64,000 nucleotides of DNA from Microcoleus sp. (lineage in GTDB: Bacteria > Cyanobacteriota > Cyanobacteriia > Cyanobacteriales > Microcoleaceae), in the NCBI GenBank assembly GCA_042408215.1, contig JAYFMW010000007.1, forward strand, positions 160,001 through 224,000. Reading direction: 5' to 3'. A program made the translations under genes and the position numbers. The notes under the pieces are model-generated. The model searched no databases. It was given only the letters and a program-made list of their open reading frames with translations, and was not told the origin of the DNA. Numbering within the stretch: position 1 is the first letter of the stretch; the number at the start of each line of letters is the position of its first letter. Positions 32,056-43,391 of this stretch are shown here, one piece after another.

Positions 32056-35000
32056 GGTGCGATAGGCCGCTAATGCTGCTTGTTTCACGGTTTCGGGGAC
32101 GATCGGAAAAGTAGTCAAAATATACGCAAATTCGGCTTCGGTTAAGCCGTAAAGGTGGGCGATGATGCCGTCTAATTCGGCTCGCAATTGAGCGCGTTCT
32201 GTTTCATCGGTAACGCCTTCTCGGTGCGAGTTTAAGCCGACTTCTTGGGCTAATTCGTCAAATTCTGGGGCGGTGCAGATTAGTTTGGCGGCGCGTTGTA
32301 CGATGTCGGTGAAGTATTTGTCACCTGATGTTAATCGCGGTACAGGAAGTTGATAAATATAGAAAAAGTTAAGATTTGTCGATACTCGCTGACGAAAAGC
32401 ACAATCAATTACATAGCTATTCATCACTGACATAAAAAAGAGTTCAGCTTGACAATCTGGTTTTAGCTGTTCGCTATATTTGATGACGGCCGTTGGCAAC
32501 TTATGATTGCAAAAAACTTCCCGTGGCAACATAGTCATAATCATTGTCCGTTCATTAGTGCTGGATGCAATATCTCTAAATGCCAGACGATAAGTTTGAT
32601 AATTTAACTTTTGTCCTATATCTGTTTCATTGCGTTTCAATAATGCTTTGCGCCCTTCATCCTCATCTATCCAGTATTTTGGTTTCCCCATAGATGAGTA
32701 AACTGATGAATCATTTTACCTTCATAAAGTGGCAGTCTCCCTTTCCCTGGTTCTTGCTTGAATAAATGACTGTCATTAGTCATGTGAAATTCCGCAGTTA
32801 ACCGCAGATTCCATTTCCCCTCAATCTGTTCACCCAGCAAAGGGAATTGCAGCATTTTCTCAGCAATCCGAATATCCCCCTCATTTTTAAACTCCATCAC
32901 CGAGAGAGAGTCAGGAGATAACTTCCGCACTAATTCAACGTTAACTTGCAAGCTATCAGCACTAGGAAATCTTTGCAGTTCATCCACATCAAGACGCATA
33001 AAAGCTGAGGGAAACTCAGTGGTTATCCCATCCTTCTCAAAAGTAAGAACAACTATTTTAAAACTCTTATGAACTCCTTCAAAAATTGTTTTACGATTTT
33101 CTAAACAAAATAACCCCGTGACTTTGGTTTGACTAAATAACATCTCCCGCAATTGCTTCGTACCCAAGTCAGTGTAAATGCCACTAGGGATAACAATCCC
33201 ACACTCGCCACCTCTGCGTAAGAGATTAAAACATTGCTCTACAAAAAGTTTATAGAGGTTAATATCCGTACCTGCTTTTTTACCATTGACAATCGAAATC
33301 TGATTTTTGTACTGTTCCGCTGAACGATAATAAGCACTGATATGAGGAAAATTGCTCTGATATTCCAACCAAGCATTAGAAACATCAATATCTTGCAGGA
33401 GTTTTTTTTGCTCTTTCTCGAAACTCTTAATATCCATCTTCTTTTTCGTCACTAAGTTGCTATAACTAGCAAAAAACTCCTTAGCATCTGGCTTAAAAAT
33501 TTCCCAAGGTGGATTAGTAATAATCGCATCAAAACCGCCCCGCTGATGCAAAATTTCATCAAACTCATAGCCCCAGTGAAAAGGCTTCAAAGCTTCAATA
33601 TCAGCGAGAGTCAGGGTACGCTTAATCGGCTTACCGCTAATCTGTGCTTGTTCAAACTTAATTTTTAACTCCTTGAAATCTTCCAACAAAATCTTATTAA
33701 TATTTTCGATAGCCGGCGCTTTCTTTTCGGCAATTTCATCTCGTAAACTCTGCAAGTTTTGGCTATAGGTAGTCGCATGACGGTAAATAGAGATTAGACG
33801 GTTTTTCTCCTCTAATACTTGTCTGTATGTCTTGTGAAACAAATTTAACTGAGTTCCACTTCCTTCATATTCTGCGTCATCTACCCGCAGTAATCCAATT
33901 AAGGAATTGCCCGCCATAATGTTAAAATCAATATTCGGCAACGGTTCCAAGTCGTTGACATTCTGCGCGGCCGAAACTAAGGCTAAAAACAGTCGCAATT
34001 TAGCAATTTCCACTGCTTCCGGCATGATATCCACGCCGTAGAGATTGTCGCTAATAATTCGTTTTTTGATGTAGTAGTTGAGTGATGTATGCTCTTTTTC
34101 GATGTCTTTTAGCAAGTCATTAAGGTAGCGATCGTTTAAAAATTTGCTTGTACCGATGACTGTTGAATAGATGTAAATTAGCGTTTTCATCGCTGCGACT
34201 AAAAACGCGCCGGAACCGCAGGCTGGGTCTAATAATGTTAAGTTTGGGAGGATTTCTGTTAGCAGGCTGCGGCAGAGATTGGCGTCGAGATTGGTGAGGA
34301 GTTCGGTGATGGTTTCAAAGTGATGGGGAGATCCCCCCCGGCCCCCCTTAAGAAGGGGGGAGGAAGAGTTGGATGCGTTGTCTTGTTGATGAAGAGATCC
34401 CCCCCGGCCCCCCTTAGTAAGGGGGGAGGAAGAGTTGGAGGAAGAGAGATTATTGACTTTATCGAGGATTAGTTTGTTGATTGTGCGATCGCACAAATAT
34501 TCAGTAATCTCCGGCCTGGTATAATAAGCACCAAAGGCTTTTTGGTTAATGTATTTCTCAAAGATGTATCCCAAAACCGCCGGATTAATTTCGTTTTCCT
34601 TCCCGCCCACTGTATCGTCAAGATTCCAAGAATAGGCGGCAAATAAATTAAATATTTTCTCAAAAGCAGCATCGGGTATGGCGATATTCGGATAATTTTG
34701 TTCGATGGGATGTTCGAGAAACAGTCCCCCATTCAAATATTTAACATCGCCGATTAATTCTTTAACGCCTTCCTCCCGCAAATCGAGAGGTTTAGCAAAT
34801 CCCTCAAAAAACAGTGTTTTCAAGAATTCTGAGTAAAATAAATCCGTTCCCCGCTGCTTGCTTTCGGCTAACTTTTCCTGCAAGTACAGCATTTTGCCGC
34901 TGTCGATAAATCCTTTGCGCTGCAAAAAATAAACAAACATCAAGCGGTTGAGTAAAACCGAAGTATACCAGCGTCTATCTGTTTCTTTGTCAATGCCGCG

Positions 35001-35546
35001 AATCACACTTAAAAATTCAACGTGTTGCTGTTTAAACTCTTCAAAAAACTTTTTAGTTACTCGTTCGACATCCAAGCCAGCCTGCAATCTTTGGGCGACA
35101 TCAATCACCGAAAGCGTTTCTAATTCTTCTAAATCAACCTTTAAAGCTGTCACTTTACTCAGCAGCAAATCGCAAGGTTCCCGTTTCACGTATACATGAT
35201 CGCGGGGATAAAGTTTTGTACCTTCGCGCTTCACCCAATACCAGAGACATTTGGTGCGATTTTTGTCAATAAAAATCAACAGATTTTCGGCGGAAATTTG
35301 GACTATTTCGCGATAAATCGTCAGTCTTTGGGCGCTGTTGGGGATATTTCCGCTATCGGCGATAATTTCATATACAACTACTCCGTTAAGTTGGGCGATG
35401 GCTTTTCGGGAATAAGTCTCGCCTTCTATTTCTACAGATACGGTTTTGTGGGATGATGGATTATCCCAACCGAGTTTTTGGACGAATAGTTTGTTGAATT
35501 CAAAGTCTTGGAGAAGTTCGCGGGATTCTTTAAGTGTTTGTGGCAT
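32044..35546 (-). CDS. Large N6-adenine DNA methyltransferase with target recognition domain (Eco57I/type IIG-like), apparent frameshift near 32686
   Basis: YLNGGLF, GAYYT, motif I LDPACGSGAF, YGVDI, motif IV NPPW; ORFs 32667-35618 and 32044-32691 join at HLWG|KPKYW; likely start ATG 35546. Confidence 0.88.
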
Positions 35547-35557
35547 GGTTATATATA

Positions 35558-35648
35558 TGAAGGAAGTTCGGCAACGGATTCTGTAACGGATGTAACGGAT
35601 GTAACGGATGTTTGGCAACGGATTTTGTAACGGATTTAACGGATGTTA
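35558..35648. repeat. AACGGAT-family repeat (GGAAGTTCGGCAACGGATT..GTAACGGAT)
   Basis: Same family occurs as an inverted pair at 41740-42010. Confidence 0.8.
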
Positions 35649-35669
35649 TGGAATTAGGGGTGGGTGGTT

Positions 35670-35826
35670 AGAAACCGGGTTTTTGCGAGAATACTGGTTG
35701 ATAGCCTTTAATCTCGGAAAAAACCCGGTTTCTTGGGCGGAGTCGCTAAATCGATAAATCAGAAACCGGGTTTTTACTGAATTTGCGGGCTACAGCGAAG
35801 TATTTTCGCAAAAACCCGGTTTCTCG
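35670..35826. repeat. Two AGAAACCGGGTTTTT...AAAAACCCGGTTTCT palindromic repeats between helicase and methyltransferase
   Basis: Same family as the 30.8-32 kb array and 46878-46945. Confidence 0.85.
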
Positions 35827-35837
35827 ACTCCCAATAA

Positions 35838-38800
35838 TTATTTCTCCTGAAACAAGCCTAAAGAACAAATAATCATTGGTTCCCGTTTGTCTTCGTCTTC
35901 ATTGACTATACACAAACGGTCGTCCATCCGCAAACCCACGACTAATTCAGCTAATTGTCGATCGCCAATTCCGCTTTTTAACTGCCGATTTAACGTGTCA
36001 ATTGCGGACTGGCGCAGGGGATAGCGGTAAATTTCATCGATGGCTTTTGACAAATCATCGGATGCAAATATTGTACCATTCATTTCCTTAAAGTAACTTT
36101 TCAAACGTTCGTATGTTCGGAACCGGGCCCCGGAAGGCCTGCCCAATTGTCCGCCCGCAGTTAACTCTTCTTCTGCTATCAACTCTGCACCTTTTGTGAC
36201 TAATTCGTGATGCTGTTTGTCTCTGGGAATTGCTGGTGTCGCTTCGTCGCAGGCTGCAATTCTGAGGATGCCGAGTTGCGATTGACTAACGCTATTGCTA
36301 TCGCGATCGACCCAAATTAACGAATCATTTCCCTCGGCGGTTTTCATGTACAATAAAACTCCTTCTGGTTGCAAGGGTGCGGGAGTATGATTGCGAGTTG
36401 AATAAACTACATTTGGCATTGACTCAATGGTTTTTTTCAAAATTGGGTTGTTGTCCGTGGCATTTTTCCAAATTTGAAAAGCTTCCGATGTTAAGTCAAC
36501 TTCGGCATCTTCTTCTCCATCTAAAATACCGGATTTTTCATTGTAAATATCGAGAATAATTTGTGGTGAATCGTCCTCAAAAAATGCCTCGTCGGTTCCG
36601 ACAACTTCGGCATTTTCTTGCAAGCGTCGGCGCAGTCTTTCGCGCAGGTTGATAATGCGATCGACTCCTTCGTCTGGCAAAAACGAATAGCACAAAATGC
36701 GATCGGCTTGCTGTCCGATTCTGTCCACTCTTCCCGCCCGCTGAATCAACCGAATAATTGCCCAAGGTAAGTCATAATTAACGATAATCGCACTGTCTTG
36801 TAAGTTGTGACCTTCACTCAGAATATCGGTGGTAATTAAGATTCGCAATTCTCGTTCTGGGGAGATTTTGTCACGCTTACCGTTGCTAGTCGGACTAAAC
36901 CGAAATGTGAGTTCGGTGGGGTCTTTTGATTTACCTGTCACCGATGCGGTGCCCGCAATATTTAGCTTAGTTAAATTATCAGTTATATAGCGGACTGTAT
37001 CGGCAAACTGAGTAAAAATTAATACTTTCTCGCGGGGGTGAGTTTCTGTCAGCAATTTCACCAAAGCAGCTAATTTTTCATCTGGTTGAGAATGCCATTC
37101 ACCGCAAGTTTGCAAGACTTCAATCAGACAGCGGGCATCTGCTAGCAAATCCCGTTTTAACTTCTTGGTATCAAAAAAGTCAGATTTGAGCCATTTAAAC
37201 CTGCGCGGGTAGCGCGTTTGATATTCTCGATAAACAACTTCTGCCCGCTGTTTAAAACTCTTTTCGCTTAACAGCAATTCTGCTTCAATATCTAAAGTTT
37301 CGCCCGCATCATCTTCGATTTCTTCGCTTTCAAAACTGCTAACCACCACAGAATCAGCATCTTCATCGCTGTTGCGGGTATCCAACAAGTCTGCATCCTG
37401 GGTGCCGATCGGAATATCGCAGTTTTGGTCGATCGCATATAAGTAGATAAAATTCCGCAGGATGTGGCGCTCGATCGACTGAATAAAGGCACTACCGCTG
37501 CTTTCTAGGCGTTTAAACAGGTTTGTCCGCGAAAATCCCATTAACCGGCGACCCCCACGGAATAAGGCATTTAACTGCCGCTGTTCTGCTTCAGTCGGCT
37601 GTTGTTTGGGTTTTTTGGCGATGTAATTTCCCAGCCCGTAACGCGGCAGATTTAGTGCATTGATGACTTCGACAATTTCCTCAAAGTCAAGCTGGGAGTT
37701 AGTTGCGGAAGTTTCCGAGGAAAACTTAATGGTTCTTGGAATGCGATCGGGAAAATAGGAGCGCGTGCGATCCTCTTCGAGGGCTTCGCTAACGGCAAAT
37801 TCTAGATATTTGCGCTTCTTCTCTGCGTCAGTTTCCGCATAATTTTCTTTAATAAAAGAGCGAGTGCGCCTCACCATATAGCGCTTCATCAAATCTCGCC
37901 AATCATCAGGATGTTCGCTTTTTTCAAAAGCAGCCAAAGAGCGCACGGGACATTGATGCCGCTTAATAAATTCTAACTCTCCTTGACTGCCTCCGCCCAA
38001 TTGATTGAGCAAAGCTTCGGGCCGCAATCCTAAATTTTGGTCTTCAGGAATAAACAGCCGCAACTGAGAAGATAAATCTAAATAGGTTTTGTTGTAGGGA
38101 GTTGCTGAAAGCAAAATACATTTACTTTCGTTGATTGCAATATATTCTTGAATCGCTCGATATCGCTTGCCTTCTCGGTTTCTGAGGTTGTGACTTTCAT
38201 CGATTAAGACAACTCGATAGCGGCGCAATTCTGGCAATTCTTGCTGCACCAGACTGATGGATAAGACTTTGGCGCCAGCAGGCGATATTTATAATTCATA
38301 CTCATCCCACATTTTCACCAAGTTTTTGGGACAAATAATCAGGGTTTCCAAGAAACAGTCTTCTTGTAAAATTTTGGCGATCGCCGTACCGACTAAAGTT
38401 TTACCCAACCCTACAACGTCGCCAATAATTACGCCTCCCCGTCTGGTAATGTGACGGGCGGCTAACTTAACGGCTTCTTCTTGAAATTTAAATAAACCCT
38501 TAAAAGCGCGGGGAATCTGAAACTCAGCAATACCTGCGATCGCCTCGCGGGACAAATGATAGACAATGTTGAGATAGATGTGATAAGGTGGAATTAGTTC
38601 GGATCTCGCCCAACTGCGATCGATAATTTCTGCAAGTTCTTTGGAAATATCAACACAGCCATATTCTTCCCAGCGATCGTCAAACCATTTTTGCAACTTA
38701 TTACAAGCATCAAAATCTAAAATATCAATGTTCAATTCTCCTTGTTTCGATAGTCCCGATAAAGTCAGATTGCTGCTGCCCAAAAAACCTACAATTGGGC

Positions 38801-39254
38801 TGTTTGGGTCTTGACGATGAACGAGATAAAGTTTAGCGTGCAGTGGGTAAGCTAAGAATAATTTAACAATAACTTTTCCGCTTTTAATCTGATAGCTTAA
38901 CCTGCGTAAGCCCTGCTCGTCGCGATCGTTGGGAGCGCCGATCGTCAACTGGTGGCGAAATTCCTCAGCCATCCGTTTTTTGAGCCGAATAATGGCATTA
39001 TTGTCAATCCCCCCGTGATGGGAAATTAGGCTAAAACTAGCATTCAATTCATCGGCAGGCAAACTTTGCATTCCCACCAAAAGGCGGCAGCAGGCTCCTT
39101 GATTTCCCACATATGCTTCGATTAAATCGCCAATGTTCCGCCATCCCCGAAGGTTGAAATAGCCAACGCAAAAATCGGCGCGATAGGAGAGTTTAATGGT
39201 TTCTCGTAATGCTGGTAGCAGCGATTGTTCGATGTTGTCAAAAATGCGCGGCAC
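35838..39254 (-). CDS. Phospholipase D-family nuclease fused to SNF2-like SF2 helicase, interrupted near 38271-38300
   Basis: PLD motif LHAKLY...GSSNLT; Walker A DVVGLGKT; DESH, SATP, FTQFADT, SEGHNLQ, QRAGRVDRIG; the two ORFs are in the same frame separated by TAA at 38289-38291; likely GTG start 39254. Confidence 0.88.
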
Positions 39255-39624
39255 TTGGTTTCCTCTGTGATGATTAATGTTGGTCAAAAAAAGTTGTATC
39301 CCCTACTTTAAGAAGAAGTCGGGGATTGGGGTATTCTGTTTTATAACTTTTAATTGTGAGTATAGAACTGATTTTAATATTTATTTGATACTGGTCATTA
39401 TAATTAATTCCTTAATTTGCTCTCCATTCTAATCAATTTGCTCCTCGGTTGCTGCGCCAAAGCCGCTCGAACAAAGGGCGATCGCACCCAACCAACCCCA
39501 GCCGCTAGCCCCAAGTGAGGGAATCCCCCGCAGCCCCCGCTTCTCGACGCGGTACAATAAATGCAATCATACTTACGCTTATATTGAAAAAGTTACACAC
39601 AACGCCACAGGAGACAACAGACGC

Positions 39625-41736
39625 ATGGGTAAAGTAGTTGGCATTGACCTCGGAACAACAAACTCAGTAGTAGCCGTCATGGAAGGCGGCAAACCGGTTG
39701 TGATTGCCAATGCAGAAGGGATGCGGACAACTCCCTCGGTAGTTGCTTTCACAAAGGAAGGAGAACGCCTTGTCGGACAGATGGCCAGACGACAAACTGT
39801 TCTCAACCCACAAAACACGTTTTACGCCGTCAAACGGTACATCGGACGCAAATATACCGAACTGACTCCAGAAGCAAAGCGCGTCCCTTACACAACTCGT
39901 CGCGACGACAACGGGAACATCAAAATCAAGTGTCCTCGCCTGAAAAAAGATTTTGCCCCAGAGGAAATTTCGGCGATGGTTTTGCGGAAGTTGGCCGATG
40001 AAGCCAGCCGCTATCTCGGACAAGAAGTGACGGGGGCTGTAATTACTGTTCCCGCTTATTTCAACGACTCCCAGCGACAGGCGACGCGGGATGCGGGACG
40101 AATTGCCGGACTTGATGTCAAACGGATTTTAAATGAGCCGACAGCGGCTTCTTTGGCTTACGGTTTGGAGAGGCGAGAAAGTCAAACTATTTTAGTGTTT
40201 GATTTGGGCGGTGGCACTTTTGATGTGTCGATTTTAGATGTGGGAGATGGAGTATTTGAAGTTAAAGCAACTAGCGGCGATACTCAATTGGGCGGCAATG
40301 ATTTTGACTCCAAAATTGTGGATTGGTTGGCAGAACAATTCTTAGAAAAAGAAGGCATCGATCTGCGACGCAACCGCCAAGCTTTGCAGCGCTTGATCGA
40401 AGCATCAGAAAAAGCGAAAATAGAGCTGTCGGGAGTGGGCGCTACAGACATTAATTTGCCCTTTATTGATGCCAATGAAGATGGCCCTTTGCATCTGGAA
40501 ACGAGGCTGACTCGCGGTCAATTTGAGGGGCTATGCAGTGATTTAGTGCAGCGGCTGCGTCGCCCGGTTAAACAAGCTTTGGCTGATGCAAATTTGAGTC
40601 CTTCTCGCATTGATGAAGTTGTGTTAGTTGGTGGTTCGACTCGCATTCCTTTGGTTCAGCAAATAGTTCGCAGTTTGATTGATAAAGAGCCGAATCAAAA
40701 TGTGAATCCCGATGAAGTTGTGGCGGTGGGTGCGGCAATTCAGGCGGGGATTTTGGCGGGCGATGTGCGGGATGTGCTGCTTTTGGATGTGACGCCGCTG
40801 TCCCTGGGTTTGGAAACGATCGGCGGTGTGATGAAAAAATTGATTCCTCGCAATACTACTATTCCAGTCAGGCGATCGGACATTTTTTCGACTGCTGAAA
40901 ACAACCAAACTGTGGTGGAAGTTCACATCATCCAAGGTGAACGGGAATTAGGCAGGGATAATAAGTCTTTGGGACGGTTTAAACTGACTGGAATTCCGCC
41001 GGCACCACGGGGAATTCCGCAGGTACAAGTAGCTTTTGATATTGATGCTAACGGGATGCTGTTGGTGACAGCTTTGGACAAAACTACTGGTAGGGAACAA
41101 AGTATTACTGTGCAAGGTGCTTCCACGTTGTCTCAGCAAGAAGTGAATCAAATGATTCGCGATGCTGAACAGTTTGCTCAAGCTGATAAGTTGCAGCGGG
41201 AAAGGGTGGATAAACGCAATCGCTCTGAGGCTTTGGCTTATCAGGCTGAGCGGCAGTTGCGAGAAGTTGCGCTCGATCGCGGAATGCAGTTTGCTCAAAG
41301 AAATCGCCAGCGAATTGAAACTTTAATTCGGGAATTGCGAGACAGTTTGGAACGCAATGATGAGCGGGGAGTCGATCAAGTTGGTTCGGATTTGCAGGAT
41401 GCTCTTTACGATTTGAGCCGGGAAGTTGCAGCGTTTGCGATGGATGATGACGATGATGATTTCTTTGAGTCTGTGAAGCGCACTTTTTCCGGCGAGGGTA
41501 GCAAGCGACGCAGCGATGACTATAGTAATGCTAAGCCCTATCGCCGATCGACTGTCGATCCAATTCCCGATCGTATGGGCGATCGTATGGGCGATCGGAT
41601 GGGCGATCGGATGGGCGATCGTATGGGCGATCGTATGGGCGATCGTATGGGCGATCGTAGAAGCAGCGCTAATCGCCCAAGTCGCCCTTATCAAAATCAA
41701 AGTGACGATTGGGATGATGACGACGATTGGCTCTAA
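39625..41736 (+). CDS. dnaK: Hsp70 chaperone DnaK (paralog with extended acidic C-terminus)
   Basis: [41 protein letters not shown]; tail ends [10 protein letters not shown]. Confidence 0.97.
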   Translation: MGKVVGIDLGTTNSVVAVMEGGKPVVIANAEGMRTTPSVVAFTKEGERLVGQMARRQTVLNPQNTFYAVKRYIGRKYTELTPEAKRVPYTTRRDDNGNIKIKCPRLKKDFAPEEISAMVLRKLADEASRYLGQEVTGAVITVPAYFNDSQRQATRDAGRIAGLDVKRILNEPTAASLAYGLERRESQTILVFDLGGGTFDVSILDVGDGVFEVKATSGDTQLGGNDFDSKIVDWLAEQFLEKEGIDLRRNRQALQRLIEASEKAKIELSGVGATDINLPFIDANEDGPLHLETRLTRGQFEGLCSDLVQRLRRPVKQALADANLSPSRIDEVVLVGGSTRIPLVQQIVRSLIDKEPNQNVNPDEVVAVGAAIQAGILAGDVRDVLLLDVTPLSLGLETIGGVMKKLIPRNTTIPVRRSDIFSTAENNQTVVEVHIIQGERELGRDNKSLGRFKLTGIPPAPRGIPQVQVAFDIDANGMLLVTALDKTTGREQSITVQGASTLSQQEVNQMIRDAEQFAQADKLQRERVDKRNRSEALAYQAERQLREVALDRGMQFAQRNRQRIETLIRELRDSLERNDERGVDQVGSDLQDALYDLSREVAAFAMDDDDDDFFESVKRTFSGEGSKRRSDDYSNAKPYRRSTVDPIPDRMGDRMGDRMGDRMGDRMGDRMGDRMGDRRSSANRPSRPYQNQSDDWDDDDDWL

Positions 41737-41739
41737 TTG

Positions 41740-42010
41740 AAGGAAGAAGGAAGTTCGGCAACGGATTTTGTAACGGATTTAACGGATGTAAGAAAGAAGC
41801 AAGAGAACTGATTGTAATTGTAAGATATAGCACGGCTCTTTTCCTGCTAATACAAAATCCGTTGCCGAACTTCCCTCATCCATCTGTTACATCCACTACA
41901 TCCGTTACATCCATTAAATTCATTGCCGAACTTCCCTCATCCATCCATCCATCCATCTGTTATATCCGTTAAATCCGTTACAAAATCCGTTGCCGAACTT
42001 CTTCCTTCTC
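41740..42010. repeat. Inverted AACGGAT-family repeat element in the dnaK-dnaJ spacer
   Basis: GGAAGTTCGGCAACGGATTTTGTAACGGATTTAACGGAT and reverse-complement copies at 41855-41875 and 41963-42008. Confidence 0.85.
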
Positions 42011-42015
42011 CAACT

Positions 42016-43176
42016 ATGCAGAACTTTCGCAATTACTATCAAATTCTGGGAGTACCCAGAGATGCTTCGGCTGATGAAATCAAGAAAGCCTATCGACGGC
42101 TGGCGAGACAGTTGCACCCTGATGTAAATCCGGGGAATAAATCTGCTGAAGATAGGTTTAAGGATATTAATGAAGCTTACGATGTTCTTTCCGATCTCGA
42201 TAAGCGCGCTCAATACGATCAGTTTAGTAAATTCTGGAAGCAAAAAGGATTTCAAAGCAAACAAGGCGTGCGAATTCCCAATTTTTCGACCTGGGGAAAT
42301 GGCAAAGCTAGCAGCAAAAAAACAGCGGAGAATGTCGATTTTAGCGATTACTCTGATTTTAATAAATTTTTCGATCAAGTGCTCGGAAGACGCCGGGAAG
42401 TGAGGATGGCGACAGCGAATGATGCACCGCGAGTTCCCTCCTCGGAAACCTGGAGTACGGCTTCTAAGAAAACGAGTTATGTAGCTAATTCTAGGGAAGA
42501 TAGAAGGGATGTGGTCGATCGCGAAACCAGAAGAGATATGGACGATCGCGAAATTCGACGGGAAACAGTCGATCGCGAACCTAGACGGGAAACAGTCGAT
42601 CGCGAACCTAGACGGGAAACAGTCGATCGCGAACCTAGACGGGAAACAGTCGATCGCGAAACCAGAAGAGATATTGAGGCGAGGCTGACTTTGCCTTTGG
42701 AAAGGGCTTATTCCGGGGGAACCGAGCGAATTCGTCTGGAAGATGGGCGATCGATCGAGGTGACTATGCCTCCTGCTATGGTATCAGGCCAGCGGATTCG
42801 CTTGCGAAATCAAGGTATTGGCGGCGGGGATTTGTACTTGAAAATAACGGTTTCTCCCCATCCATTTTTCAGGTTAGAAATGTCGGATATTTGCTGCGAA
42901 TTACCACTGACTCCTAGTGAAGCGGTGTTGGGTGGAGATGTTGAAATACCGACGCTGGATGGTAGGGTGAAAATGAAATTGCCACCTGGAGTTACGTCTG
43001 GGAAGCAGTTGCGGCTGGCTAACAAGGGCTATCCGACGGGAAATGGCGATCGGGGCGATCAGCTAGTAGAAATTTTGGTATTAATTCCCAAGGAAATTAG
43101 CGCCGAAGAACGAGAATTGTACGAGAAATTGCGGCAGGTTGAGTCTTTTAAACCGCGTCAGGATTTATCTGTATAA
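42016..43176 (+). CDS. dnaJ: DnaJ family co-chaperone (class B, no zinc finger)
   Basis: [16 protein letters not shown] motif, C-terminal GDLYL..PHP.F and GDQLV; ATG at 42016. Confidence 0.93.
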   Translation: MQNFRNYYQILGVPRDASADEIKKAYRRLARQLHPDVNPGNKSAEDRFKDINEAYDVLSDLDKRAQYDQFSKFWKQKGFQSKQGVRIPNFSTWGNGKASSKKTAENVDFSDYSDFNKFFDQVLGRRREVRMATANDAPRVPSSETWSTASKKTSYVANSREDRRDVVDRETRRDMDDREIRRETVDREPRRETVDREPRRETVDREPRRETVDRETRRDIEARLTLPLERAYSGGTERIRLEDGRSIEVTMPPAMVSGQRIRLRNQGIGGGDLYLKITVSPHPFFRLEMSDICCELPLTPSEAVLGGDVEIPTLDGRVKMKLPPGVTSGKQLRLANKGYPTGNGDRGDQLVEILVLIPKEISAEERELYEKLRQVESFKPRQDLSV

Positions 43177-43391
43177 TTGAGTTAATGGTTAATTGCTAAT
43201 TACTAATGGCAATTAATCCTGATAAAACAACAGAATACCTAGCTCCCCGACTTCTTAGAGAAGTCGGGGATATCAAATAATCAGAAAATTTTTACTAAAT
43301 ATTTAAGTAAAATTACTGTTGTAATTATTGCTGAAATAGCTAATAATTTATAGCAAGGTAATTATTCCATAATCAGGAGCATTCTGCTACA

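Noticed and set aside
35547..35618. N-terminal extension of the methyltransferase (MPNIRYIRYIRY)
   Set aside because: Translation of the AACGGAT repeat; ATG 35546 is more plausible
32044..39254. Complete DISARM or BREX system
   Set aside because: No drmA/drmB/drmC or brxC/pglZ genes nearby
41923..42015. N-terminal extension of DnaJ in the ORF track
   Set aside because: It is translated repeat DNA; the J-domain starts at ATG 42016
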